From: Mycoplasmatota bacterium
GTDB lineage: Bacteria > Bacillota_I > Bacilli_A > MAG-NZ
NCBI GenBank assembly: GCA_018394315.1
Contig: CP074575.1
Coordinates: 1,520,615 to 1,584,614, forward strand
Length of the DNA: 64,000 nucleotides
Reading direction: 5' to 3'
Under the pieces are notes generated by a model. That model had not been told where the DNA came from. It saw nothing but the letters and a program-made list of their open reading frames with translations, and searched no databases. Positions 10,482 to 20,131 of the stretch are shown here, piece after piece (the stretch's first letter is position 1; each line of letters opens with the position of its first letter). The translations under genes were made by a program, and so were the position numbers.

Positions 10482-12155
10482 ATGGCTAAGGAGAAGAAAC
10501 GATTAAGTGAACTAGAAGAAAATGAAGAGGAATCGATACTTTATTTTGAAGTAATTGGAATTTTATCTATTTTTATTGCGATAACAATCTTAAGCGAATT
10601 GGGTTCAGTGGGTAGACTGTTGAAAGTTTTCTTTAAAGTTAGTTTTGGAGACTGGTATTGGTTGGTAACTTTACTTTTATTTGGATATGGAGTAAGAATG
10701 ATATATAGACATCAATTCCTAGATTTTAAATCTTTAAGATTGATTGGTGTATTTTCACTCATGATATCTCTATTGATATTGAGTCATTATCCCGTCCACA
10801 GATTTGTACTTAACGGATATGAAGGACTTATGTCTGGAACTTGGAATTATTATATGTCTTTTGTGGGTGATCCTTCAACGGAATATGTGCTAGGGGGAGG
10901 AATTATTGGTGCTATCTTTTTTTCCATTTTGTTTACCTTATTAGGAAATTTAGGGACGACAATTATAGGCACATTGCTTTTTCTTTCAGGAATCAGCTTT
11001 ATTAACAATAAGACAATTATGGAAATGTTAAGTATAGTTCCAAAGGCTTATCACGGCGTTGCTAATAAATCAACGAGTTTTAAAAGAATACTTAAATACG
11101 AAATAAAAACGGGTGTAAAAAGAAAGAATCCTTTTAAAATCACAAAACTTACTGATGAGGATAGTGAGTATAATTATAACATGCAAGAAAGATTTAGTAA
11201 TAATGTAATGGCTTCTATATTAAAAATACTCGATAATTTCGACATAGAATATTTAGATTATTCATATAAAGTAGGATACTCTTATTCGGAATATAGAATT
11301 TTCATAAATAATCCATTGGAAGTTGATTTATTTGAAAGGAAAGTACAATCAATTATAAATAAAGAATCTGTACTCAAGTATCTTTCTTATAAAAAACTTA
11401 TCATTCTAGAGATTCCGAATAATTTTATTGGAAAACTTTCACTTAAGTCAGTTTTAGATCACGGAGTAGATAAAAGAAAATTTCCTTTAGGACTGGATAT
11501 TGAGGGCGATCCAGTTTATTTTGACTTTGTTACAAACGCGCACCTTTATCTAAGCGGGATGTACCAAGATGACTTACAAATGGTTGTTAATGAATTTTTA
11601 CTTTCCATGTACTTTGTCTATAGTATTGATGAATTTGAAATTTTAAAGTTGGATAAACCTAAAAACTATCAATTATATACTAATGTGACTGATTTTGAAG
11701 ATCTCGATGAGCTACTCGAGTGGTTAAAAGATGAAATAGATCATAGATTAGAATTATTTAATAAAAGTAATATAAATGATTTCCAAGAATATAAAGAAAA
11801 GGATATGAAGAGATTAATTGTTGTAATTAATAACTTTGAAATTTACTTTATCGATAGTTCAAAGTCAATTGAAGAAAAAATACTTTACGTTTGCCAAATT
11901 GGTGCTAAAGTTGGGATAAATCTAATTTTCATAACTAAACGTAAAAATAATCTAACTTCTTATATGAACAGTGTTATTCCGACAAAGTTATTACTAAAGG
12001 TGCATGATGTTAATCAGTCTCTTGAGATTGTAGATTACGATTACGGGCTGTTTTTGCAAAGAAAAGGGGATTGTTTAATGAAGTTTGCAGGAGACATAGT
12101 CCGATTTCAAATTCCATCAGTATCAATTGATGAAATGAAGAAAATACTAAAATGA
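10482..12155 (+). CDS. FtsK/SpoIIIE-like protein with 4TM domain and degenerate motor
   Basis: TM region with GGGIIGA; LEIPN, PLGLDIEG; Walker A/B replaced; no gamma domain. Confidence 0.75.
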   Translation: MAKEKKRLSELEENEEESILYFEVIGILSIFIAITILSELGSVGRLLKVFFKVSFGDWYWLVTLLLFGYGVRMIYRHQFLDFKSLRLIGVFSLMISLLILSHYPVHRFVLNGYEGLMSGTWNYYMSFVGDPSTEYVLGGGIIGAIFFSILFTLLGNLGTTIIGTLLFLSGISFINNKTIMEMLSIVPKAYHGVANKSTSFKRILKYEIKTGVKRKNPFKITKLTDEDSEYNYNMQERFSNNVMASILKILDNFDIEYLDYSYKVGYSYSEYRIFINNPLEVDLFERKVQSIINKESVLKYLSYKKLIILEIPNNFIGKLSLKSVLDHGVDKRKFPLGLDIEGDPVYFDFVTNAHLYLSGMYQDDLQMVVNEFLLSMYFVYSIDEFEILKLDKPKNYQLYTNVTDFEDLDELLEWLKDEIDHRLELFNKSNINDFQEYKEKDMKRLIVVINNFEIYFIDSSKSIEEKILYVCQIGAKVGINLIFITKRKNNLTSYMNSVIPTKLLLKVHDVNQSLEIVDYDYGLFLQRKGDCLMKFAGDIVRFQIPSVSIDEMKKILK

Positions 12156-12218
12156 CAAAATAATATTATGAATATACTAATATATAACCATTAAGTAAAT
12201 ACTAAATTATATTATTTA

Positions 12219-12247
12219 TTTACTCTTTGCAGAATTTGTCGTATAAT
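12219..12247 (+). promoter_or_regulatory. SigA-type promoter of BMP copy 1
   Basis: TTTACT-N17-TATAAT. Confidence 0.65.
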
Positions 12248-12274
12248 GAGTTTATGAAAAACGAGAGAAGTAGA

Positions 12275-13351
12275 ATGAAAAGAATATTATCATTATTAGT
12301 TTGTATTGCGGTGGTTATTACACTAACTGCATGTAGACCGGAGACTTATACAGTAGCGATGATTACTGACTCAACTGATGATGAGTTATTTGAACAAGGA
12401 ACATGGAAAGGTATTGAAACTTATTGTGAAGAATTTGGTTTAACTTACAATTATTATATACCATTAGAAATATCAGAAGATGCATCTTTAGATACAATAG
12501 AATCAGCAATTGACAGTGGAGCAGAGGTAGTAGTAGCTACTGGATTTTTATTTGAAACTGCTATATATGAAGCACAGTTCAAGTATCCTGATGTGACCTT
12601 TATTTTAGTTGATGGCCAACCACACACACTAGATCATACTACTTATGAAACAGCAGATAATACTTTATCTATTGTGTTTAATGAGCACGAGTCTGGTTTT
12701 TTGGCTGGTTATGCTGCAGTAAAAGATGGGTATACCAATTTAGGATTTACTGGTAGTAAGCCTTTACCAACTGTAATTAGGTTCGGTGTTGGATTCATTG
12801 CTGGAGCTTATTATGCTTCGGAAGAAGATAACATGGCATTAAACTTCTCTAATGGTACATATGACTATTTTGACAATTACGAAACAAGTGATGACTATAG
12901 AAATTTGGCTGCTCATTGGTATGTTACCGGTACACAAATTATTTTTGCTGTAACCGGCGAAGATACTAAGAGTGTAATAGAAACAGCGGAGGAATATAGC
13001 ACTAAAGTTATTGGTGCAGGTATTGACCAATCTTATTTATCTAGCACAGTTATTACATCTGCATTGAAAAATCTATCTACTGCTGTTTATCAAGCATTAG
13101 CTGATTGGGAAGATGGTACATTTGCAGGTGGAACAGTACAAACTAAGGGTGTAGAGAACGATTGTGTAGGTTTATCTATGGATAGTAGTGATTTTAAAAG
13201 TTTCACTCAAGAAGAATATGAATTGATTTATTCAAAAATTGTTAATGGTAAAATTAAAATACCTGAATCTTATGAAGAATTAATTATTTTCTTTTCTAAC
13301 GAGGGAATTTTTGCATCTGGATATCCAAGTATGGATGTAGTTCAACCTTAA
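12275..13351 (+). CDS. BMP/PnrA family ABC substrate-binding lipoprotein (divergent copy)
   Basis: Lipobox LTAC; HESGFLAGYAA, VITSALK; start reassigned to 12275. Confidence 0.88.
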   Translation: MKRILSLLVCIAVVITLTACRPETYTVAMITDSTDDELFEQGTWKGIETYCEEFGLTYNYYIPLEISEDASLDTIESAIDSGAEVVVATGFLFETAIYEAQFKYPDVTFILVDGQPHTLDHTTYETADNTLSIVFNEHESGFLAGYAAVKDGYTNLGFTGSKPLPTVIRFGVGFIAGAYYASEEDNMALNFSNGTYDYFDNYETSDDYRNLAAHWYVTGTQIIFAVTGEDTKSVIETAEEYSTKVIGAGIDQSYLSSTVITSALKNLSTAVYQALADWEDGTFAGGTVQTKGVENDCVGLSMDSSDFKSFTQEEYELIYSKIVNGKIKIPESYEELIIFFSNEGIFASGYPSMDVVQP

Positions 13352-13364
13352 TAGTAAATAACCT

Positions 13365-13397
13365 AAAAATAGACAATGGAAGTGTCTATTTTTTTTA
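13365..13397 (+). terminator. Intrinsic terminator
   Basis: AAAAATAGACA-loop-TGTCTATTTTTTT. Confidence 0.75.
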
Positions 13398-13609
13398 TAT
13401 ATTCTTAATCCTATTCCTTTTTTAGGTAGTCTTAATATGAATATCCATAGTTATTATTCAATTCTATATATGATTTAAAAAAGTACATTAAAATGAGATA
13501 TGTTTTGTAAAAACTTGAGTTTCACTACCAATTACTTATCAGATAAGGTTAGAATATCCTAATAAAGTAATCAAATGATAAATATATAATCAATTAATAA
13601 AATTATTTA

Positions 13610-13638
13610 TTTACTATTAATAGTATATGTCGTATAAT
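13610..13638 (+). promoter_or_regulatory. SigA-type promoter of BMP copy 2
   Basis: TTTACT-N17-TATAAT, then RBS GGGAGG. Confidence 0.7.
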
Positions 13639-13665
13639 TAGTGTATATAAAAAGGGAGGATTAGA

Positions 13666-14766
13666 ATGAAAAAATTATTAAGTTTATTAACTGTATTAGC
13701 TTTAGTATTAACTTTAGTTGCTTGTGCAAGTAAAGAAGATACTTATGAATTAGCACTAGTTACTGACGTCGGTACTATTGATGACAAATCTTTCAACCAA
13801 GGTGCTTGGGAAGGTCTAGTAAAATACGCAGAAGAAAAAAATATTGATTACAACTACTACCAACCAACTGCTAAAACTACTGATGAATATGTAGCAGCAA
13901 TTGATTTAGCAGTAAAAGGTGGAGCTAAAAATGTTGTAACTCCAGGATATTTATTTGAAAATGCTATTTATGTTGTTCAAGATAAATATCCAGAAGTGAA
14001 TTTTATTATCTTAGATGGTGCTGCTCACAACGTTGTTGATTGGGACACAATGGCTACTATGGATGATTCAGACGTTGATTTTAGATTAGAAGACAACGTT
14101 TACTCTATCTTCTACAAAGAACAAGAATCTGGATTCTTAGCTGGTTATGCAGCTGTTAAAGATGGATATACTGAATTAGGATTCATGGGTGGAATGGCTG
14201 TTCCTGCTGTTGTTAGATTCGGTTATGGATTTGTTCAAGGTGCTGACCATGCTGCAGAAGAAATGGGTGTTGATATTAACGTTAAATATCATTATACTGG
14301 TGTGTTCTGGCCAACTGATGAAGTTCAAAACACTGCTTCTGCTTGGTATCAAGGTGGTACTGAAGTAATCTTTGCCGCAGCTGGTGGAGCTGGAAACTCA
14401 GTAATGAAAGCTGCTGAACAAAATGATGGAAAAGCAATTGGTGTAGACGTTGATCAAAGCGCTGAATCAACAACTGTAATTACATCTGCTAAGAAAGAAT
14501 TAGCTGAGTCAGTTTACCAATGTTTAACTGAAATTTACAATGAAACAAGTGATTTCTTCATAGCTGGAGAAAGCGTTGTAATGAGTGTAAATAATAATGG
14601 TGTTGGTTTACCATCTGATTTCTCAAGATTTGAAAGTTTCACTGAAGCTCAATATCAAGAGGTTATTGACTACTTGAAAAACCCACCTGTTGAACTTGCA
14701 AGTGATGCAATTTCTAGCGTTGCTGACGTTCCTGTAAACGTTGCAACTGTAGAAATAGTTGAATAA
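13666..14766 (+). CDS. BMP/PnrA family nucleoside-binding lipoprotein
   Basis: Lipobox LVAC; TDVGTIDDKSFNQGAWEG, AAAGGAG, IGVDVDQ. Confidence 0.93.
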   Translation: MKKLLSLLTVLALVLTLVACASKEDTYELALVTDVGTIDDKSFNQGAWEGLVKYAEEKNIDYNYYQPTAKTTDEYVAAIDLAVKGGAKNVVTPGYLFENAIYVVQDKYPEVNFIILDGAAHNVVDWDTMATMDDSDVDFRLEDNVYSIFYKEQESGFLAGYAAVKDGYTELGFMGGMAVPAVVRFGYGFVQGADHAAEEMGVDINVKYHYTGVFWPTDEVQNTASAWYQGGTEVIFAAAGGAGNSVMKAAEQNDGKAIGVDVDQSAESTTVITSAKKELAESVYQCLTEIYNETSDFFIAGESVVMSVNNNGVGLPSDFSRFESFTEAQYQEVIDYLKNPPVELASDAISSVADVPVNVATVEIVE

Positions 14767-14776
14767 TTTTTATCAT

Positions 14777-14810
14777 AAAGGGGTTCATTTAATATGTATC
14801 CCTTTTTTTT
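14777..14810 (+). terminator. Intrinsic terminator
   Basis: AAAGGG..CAT/ATG..CCCTTTTTTTT. Confidence 0.65.
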
Positions 14811-14942
14811 GCTCTAAAAGTTATTTCAACAGACTGATATAAAGTATAAGTTCATCTGTTTAGTGGGACACTTTTCATTTTATATAATTGCTACTTTGTG
14901 ATATAATATAATCGATTTGTAAATTATGAAATAGAAATGTAG

Positions 14943-16460
14943 GTGATTATTGTGGAATATGTAATAGAAATGCTAAATATAACAAAAGAGTTTCCAGGTA
15001 TAAAAGCTTGTGACAATGTAACTTTACAACTTAAGAGCGGTGAAGTACATGCTTTACTTGGTGAAAATGGCGCAGGAAAATCGACTTTAATGTCTGTTCT
15101 TTTTGGTTTATATCATGCAGAAGAAGGTCAAATTAAAGTACACGGTAATGTAGAGAATATTAAGAGTCCATTAGACGCAAATAGACTACATATCGGAATG
15201 GTGCATCAACATTTTAAACTTGTTCACAATTTTACAGTTGCTGAAAATATTGTGCTTGGAATGGAAGATACCAAATATGGATTTCTAAGTATGGATGGTG
15301 CTATTGAAAGAATAAATGAATTAAGTGAGAAGTATAAGCTTAAAATTGATCCAAATGCGAAAATTGAAGACATATCAGTTGGTATGCAACAAAGAGTAGA
15401 AATATTAAAAATGTTATATAGAGATGCAGAAATTTTAATATTTGATGAGCCGACTGCTGTATTAACTCCTCAAGAAATAGATGAGTTAATGAAAATACTT
15501 AGAGACTTAATTAAGGAAGACAAGTCAATTATATTAATTACTCATAAATTAGATGAAATCAAAGCTGTTGCTGATAGGTGTACTGTATTAAGAAAAGGTA
15601 AATATATTGGTACAGTCGATGTCAAAGAAACTTCAAAAGAAAAAATGGCTGAAATGATGGTTGGTAGAAAAGTAAGTTTCGAAGTTGATAAAAAACCAGC
15701 TACTCCTGGTAGCACAATATTGAAAGTTGATAAATTGACAAAAAAATCTGATACAGATAAGAATGTCTTTACTGATGTTTCATTTGAAATCAAAGCTGGT
15801 GAAATTTTCTGTTTAGCTGGTATAGAAGGAAATGGCCAAACGCAAATAATAGAAGCTATTACAGGATTAGCTAATTTTAGTTCTGGTAAAGTTGAATTTA
15901 ATGGAAATGATATCTCAGGTTTTTCGATTAGAAAGAGAACTTTGTCTGGAATTGGACATATTCCAGAAGATAGACATAAACATGGTTTAGTTTTGAACTA
16001 TACGATGAAAGAAAACATGGTATTACAAACCTATTTTACTGATGAATTCCAAAGGTATGGCTTTTTGAAGTTTGATGCAATTAATAAAAAAGCTGATGAC
16101 TTAATCCAAAGATTTGACGTTAGAAGTGGTCAAGGAAGAGAAAGTATTGCAAGAGGAATGAGTGGTGGTAATCAACAAAAAGTAATCGTTGCAAGAGAAA
16201 TGGATCGCTTACCAGATTTATTGATTGCTGTACAACCAACGCGTGGGTTAGATGTTGGTGCTATAGAGTATATACATGATCAACTAATTAAACATAGAGA
16301 TTCAGGTAAATCAGTATTATTAGTTTCTTTAGAATTAGATGAAGTATTAAATGTGTCAGATAGAATTGCTGTAGTTCATGGTGGTGAAATTATGGCAATT
16401 GTTAATACTGATGAGACAACAAAAGAACAGTTAGGACTATATATGGCAGGGAGTCATTAA
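14943..16460 (+). CDS. Nucleoside/sugar ABC transporter ATP-binding protein (two NBDs)
   Basis: GENGAGKST, DEPTAVL, PEDR, SGGNQQK, QPTRGLD. Confidence 0.95.
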   Translation: MIIVEYVIEMLNITKEFPGIKACDNVTLQLKSGEVHALLGENGAGKSTLMSVLFGLYHAEEGQIKVHGNVENIKSPLDANRLHIGMVHQHFKLVHNFTVAENIVLGMEDTKYGFLSMDGAIERINELSEKYKLKIDPNAKIEDISVGMQQRVEILKMLYRDAEILIFDEPTAVLTPQEIDELMKILRDLIKEDKSIILITHKLDEIKAVADRCTVLRKGKYIGTVDVKETSKEKMAEMMVGRKVSFEVDKKPATPGSTILKVDKLTKKSDTDKNVFTDVSFEIKAGEIFCLAGIEGNGQTQIIEAITGLANFSSGKVEFNGNDISGFSIRKRTLSGIGHIPEDRHKHGLVLNYTMKENMVLQTYFTDEFQRYGFLKFDAINKKADDLIQRFDVRSGQGRESIARGMSGGNQQKVIVAREMDRLPDLLIAVQPTRGLDVGAIEYIHDQLIKHRDSGKSVLLVSLELDEVLNVSDRIAVVHGGEIMAIVNTDETTKEQLGLYMAGSH

Positions 16461-16462
16461 AT

Positions 16463-17569
16463 ATGGAAAAGAGAAAAAGTATATTTAGAAATCTTCATTC
16501 TAATGAAAAATTATTAAGTATAATGCCTAGTATATTTGCGATTATTACGGGATTATTATTTGGGTTTATTATTATGCTAATTACTAATCCTTCGGGGGCA
16601 GGTTCTGGTTTAGCAAGAATATTATTTGGTGCTTTTGACGAAGGATCTAAAAGTTTAGGACAAGTTTTATATTTTGCTACCCCGATTATTTTAACAGGTT
16701 TATCTGTAGGGTTTGCTTTTAAAACAGGTTTATTTAATATAGGTGCTACTGGACAATTTACAGTAGGTGCAATAGCAGCTATATATGTAGGTGTTAACTG
16801 GGGGTTCTTACCGGGTAAATTCCATTGGCTTATAGCTATATTAGTCGCAACAATTATTGGTGGAATATGGGGAATTATTCCTGGGCTTCTTAAAGCTTAC
16901 CGAAATGTCCATGAAGTAGTTGCGACAATTATGATGAACTATATAGCAGTTTACTTAGTTAAATGGTTTATTCTGAGTAATCAGTCGATTTATAATCAAG
17001 AAAAAAATGAGACCGCATCTGTTTTATCAACTGCGAAAAATCCAAGCCTCTTTATGAAAGAGATATTTAAAGGGTCTCAAGTAGATGGTGGGTTTATTGT
17101 TGCCGTTGTTGTGGCGATAATTATTTATATAGTATTGAACAAGACGACTTTCGGTTTTGAATTGAAAGCTGTTGGTCACAATCGACATTCTGCTAAGTAC
17201 GCTGGTATTAATGAGAAAAGAAGCATTATCTTATCAATGGCTATTGCGGGAGCAACCGCTGGTCTTGCTGGTGCAGTCACATTCTTATCAGTATCTTTGA
17301 AACATATGGAACCACTAGCAGTGTTACTACCTCAGGGATTTGATGGGATTACAGTAGCATTAATTGCTTTATCTAATCCAATCGGTGTTATCTTTGCAGG
17401 GATTTTCATTGGATATATCAAACAAGGTGGATTCACTATGCAGTTATCAGGATTTGTTCCTGAGATAATTGGGATTATTACATCAGCGATCATATATTTT
17501 AGTGCATTATCATTAATTTTTCAATCATTTATCAAAAAGATTCTAGGTAAAAACGGAGGTAATAAATAA
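16463..17569 (+). CDS. Nucleoside ABC transporter permease
   Basis: GLFNIGATGQ, HEVVATIMMNY, GFDGITVAL. Confidence 0.93.
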   Translation: MEKRKSIFRNLHSNEKLLSIMPSIFAIITGLLFGFIIMLITNPSGAGSGLARILFGAFDEGSKSLGQVLYFATPIILTGLSVGFAFKTGLFNIGATGQFTVGAIAAIYVGVNWGFLPGKFHWLIAILVATIIGGIWGIIPGLLKAYRNVHEVVATIMMNYIAVYLVKWFILSNQSIYNQEKNETASVLSTAKNPSLFMKEIFKGSQVDGGFIVAVVVAIIIYIVLNKTTFGFELKAVGHNRHSAKYAGINEKRSIILSMAIAGATAGLAGAVTFLSVSLKHMEPLAVLLPQGFDGITVALIALSNPIGVIFAGIFIGYIKQGGFTMQLSGFVPEIIGIITSAIIYFSALSLIFQSFIKKILGKNGGNK

Positions 17570-18525
17570 TGGATACTCTATATTTCTTATTGAGATTATC
17601 GTTATTTAGTGCGATTCCTTTAATGGTAGTGGCATTAGGCGGTATGTTTTCTGAGAAAAGTGGTGTTGTTAATATCGCATTAGAAGGATTAATGCTAATA
17701 GGTGCATTTACCGGTATTTACGCATTAAACTTGATGCAAAAAGCGGGTATGAGTGGTCAAATGCTTTACATTTATGCAATGCTTGTCGGAGGAGTAATGG
17801 GGTTAATATTTTCATTATTACATGCATATGCATCAGTTAATATGAAAGCTAATCAAGTTATCAGTGGTACAGCATTAAATCTATTTACTCCAGCCTTAGC
17901 AATTTTTTTAGCAAGAATGTGGACGGGTACACAACAAGTTAACTTTAATGATATGTTCTTTATTCAAAAAGTTGGTTTCCTAGCGAATATACCGGTTATA
18001 GGAGATTTATTCTTCCAAAAAGCTTATATTTCAACTTATGTCGGAATTCTAATCTTAATTATTTCTTATTATGTTTTATACAAAACGAAATTTGGATTGA
18101 GACTTCGTTCATGTGGAGAACATCCACAAGCTGCGGATGCTGCAGGTATAAGTGTGTACAAAATTAGATATGCAGGTGTTATGATTTCTGGATTTTTAGC
18201 TGGTTTAGGGGGAGTTATTTTAATTGTCCCTACTACAACAAACTTTAACGCTACTGTATCAGGGTTTGGTTTCTTGGCACTTGCTGTGTTGATTTTTGGT
18301 CAATGGAAACCAAAAAGAATTATGTTAGCTGCCTTATTTTTTGGGTTGATGCGAGTTATTAGTAATTCATATTCATTGATTGACGTTCTTGCAAAGTTAA
18401 AATTACCAGGAGAATTTTATTCAATTATTCCTTACGTTGCTACACTTGTTGTTTTAGCATTCGTATCAAAAAAATCTGCTGCTCCATTAGCAGCGGGAAC
18501 TCCATATGATCAAGGTAAAAGATAA
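17569..18525 (+). CDS. Nucleoside ABC transporter permease
   Basis: SEKSGVVNIALEG, GEHPQAA, GFLALAVLIFGQW, PYVATL. Confidence 0.93.
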   Translation: MDTLYFLLRLSLFSAIPLMVVALGGMFSEKSGVVNIALEGLMLIGAFTGIYALNLMQKAGMSGQMLYIYAMLVGGVMGLIFSLLHAYASVNMKANQVISGTALNLFTPALAIFLARMWTGTQQVNFNDMFFIQKVGFLANIPVIGDLFFQKAYISTYVGILILIISYYVLYKTKFGLRLRSCGEHPQAADAAGISVYKIRYAGVMISGFLAGLGGVILIVPTTTNFNATVSGFGFLALAVLIFGQWKPKRIMLAALFFGLMRVISNSYSLIDVLAKLKLPGEFYSIIPYVATLVVLAFVSKKSAAPLAAGTPYDQGKR

Positions 18526-18543
18526 GATTTTCAAATAAATAAG

Positions 18544-18582
18544 TAAGGTGTCTAAACCCATTTGATGGTTTAGACACCTTTT
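18544..18582 (+). terminator. Intrinsic terminator
   Basis: AAGGTGTCTAAACC-loop-GGTTTAGACACCTTTT. Confidence 0.85.
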
Positions 18583-18699
18583 AATTCATTCTCTTTTATG
18601 AAATACTAAATCTTTAGGAAAAAATTACATCTTTTTCCTATGTTATAAGTTTTTTAAATGCTATAATAAGTATGGAAATTTAACAAATAGGAGATGAAT

Positions 18700-20085
18700 A
18701 TGAATAAAAAATATGTTGCTCCACCGTACAGAATAAAAATGGTAGAGCCAATTAAAATGACTACAAGGGAAGAAAGAATTAAATATTTAGCTGAGGCAGG
18801 ATATAATCCATTTTCTCTACGAAGTGAGGACGTTTATATTGATTTACTAACAGATAGTGGAACTGGTGCTATGAGTCATTATCAGTGGGGGGCACTAATG
18901 CAAGGTGATGAAGCCTATGCAGGAAGCAGAAGTTTTTATAGATTCGAACAATCTGTTCAAGAAATAACAGGATATAAATTTGTTATCCCAGCACATCAAG
19001 GTAGAGGTGCAGAACAGGTTATGATGCCTCAATTAATAAAAAAACCTGGTCAAGTTATGATTAGTAACATGCATTTTGACACAACTAGAGCTCACGTTGA
19101 AATAGCAGGAGGAAGATGTCTAGATGTTGTTATTAAAGAGTGTTTTGATACTGACACGTATCACCCATTTAAAGGGAACTTTGATCTAGAAAAATTAGAA
19201 GAATTAATCAATCAAACAAAAGTAGAAAATATTGCTGGAATTATCTTAACAATTACAAACAATTCTGCTGGAGGTCAACCAGTTAGTATTGAAAATATGA
19301 GAGCTGTTAAGAAGATTGCAGATAGATATGGGATTAGAGTTATCATTGATGGAGCAAGATATGCTGAGAATGCCTTTTTTATAAAAGAAAGAGAAAAAGG
19401 TTATGAAAACAAATCAATTCCTGAAATTATCCTTGAAACATTCACTTATGCTGATGCATTACTTATGAGTGCAAAAAAAGATGGTATTTCAAACATTGGT
19501 GGTGTGATTGCTATAAAAGATGATTATGAACTATATAATAGCTGTAGAACAACCGTAGTGCCATTAGAAGGGTTTCCTACTTATGGGGGATTAACAGGTA
19601 GAGATCTAGAAGCTTTAGCTGTTGGATTGAAGGAAGCATTGGACGAAGATTATTTAAGACATAGAATAGATCAAGTAAGATATTTAGGAGATAGATTAAG
19701 AGACGCTGGTGTACCAATTCAATATCCAGTTGGTGGACATGCAGTTTTTGTTGATTGTAAAAAAATAGTACCTCACATTCCTTATCATCAATTTCCAGCA
19801 CAAGCTGTTTGTAATGAGGTATATCTAGAAGCAGGCGTTAGGCCAGTGGAAATAGGATCATTTTTATTAGGTCGAGATCCAGATACTCACAAAAACTTAG
19901 AATCTCCTTTAGAATTAATGAGATTAACTATTCCTAGAAGAACTTATACATACGCCCATCTTGACGTAGTCGCAGATGCTGTTATAGCAGTTTATGAGAA
20001 AAGAGAATCTCTAGTTGGTTTAGACTTTGAATATGAACCACCTGTATTAAGACACTTCACGGCTAGGCTAAAACCGATCAAATAA
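18700..20085 (+). CDS. tnaA: Tryptophanase
   Basis: [16 protein letters not shown] lysine in SAKKD; C-terminal LRHFTARL has the His typical of tryptophanase rather than the Phe of tyrosine phenol-lyase. Confidence 0.88.
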   Translation: MNKKYVAPPYRIKMVEPIKMTTREERIKYLAEAGYNPFSLRSEDVYIDLLTDSGTGAMSHYQWGALMQGDEAYAGSRSFYRFEQSVQEITGYKFVIPAHQGRGAEQVMMPQLIKKPGQVMISNMHFDTTRAHVEIAGGRCLDVVIKECFDTDTYHPFKGNFDLEKLEELINQTKVENIAGIILTITNNSAGGQPVSIENMRAVKKIADRYGIRVIIDGARYAENAFFIKEREKGYENKSIPEIILETFTYADALLMSAKKDGISNIGGVIAIKDDYELYNSCRTTVVPLEGFPTYGGLTGRDLEALAVGLKEALDEDYLRHRIDQVRYLGDRLRDAGVPIQYPVGGHAVFVDCKKIVPHIPYHQFPAQAVCNEVYLEAGVRPVEIGSFLLGRDPDTHKNLESPLELMRLTIPRRTYTYAHLDVVADAVIAVYEKRESLVGLDFEYEPPVLRHFTARLKPIK

Positions 20086-20096
20086 ATATAACAACT

Positions 20097-20131
20097 AATT
20101 AAAAACAACAAATTTATTTGTTGTTTTTAAT
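20097..20131. terminator. Bidirectional terminator between tnaA and rarA
   Basis: ATTAAAAACAACAAAT / ATTTGTTGTTTTTAAT inverted repeat between convergent genes. Confidence 0.75.

Noticed and set aside
12227..12274. TTG start for the first BMP gene given in the ORF track
   Set aside because: It lies inside the promoter; the signal peptide begins at ATG 12275
18583..18699. tnaC-like leader peptide before tnaA
   Set aside because: No Trp-containing leader ORF between the promoter and the start
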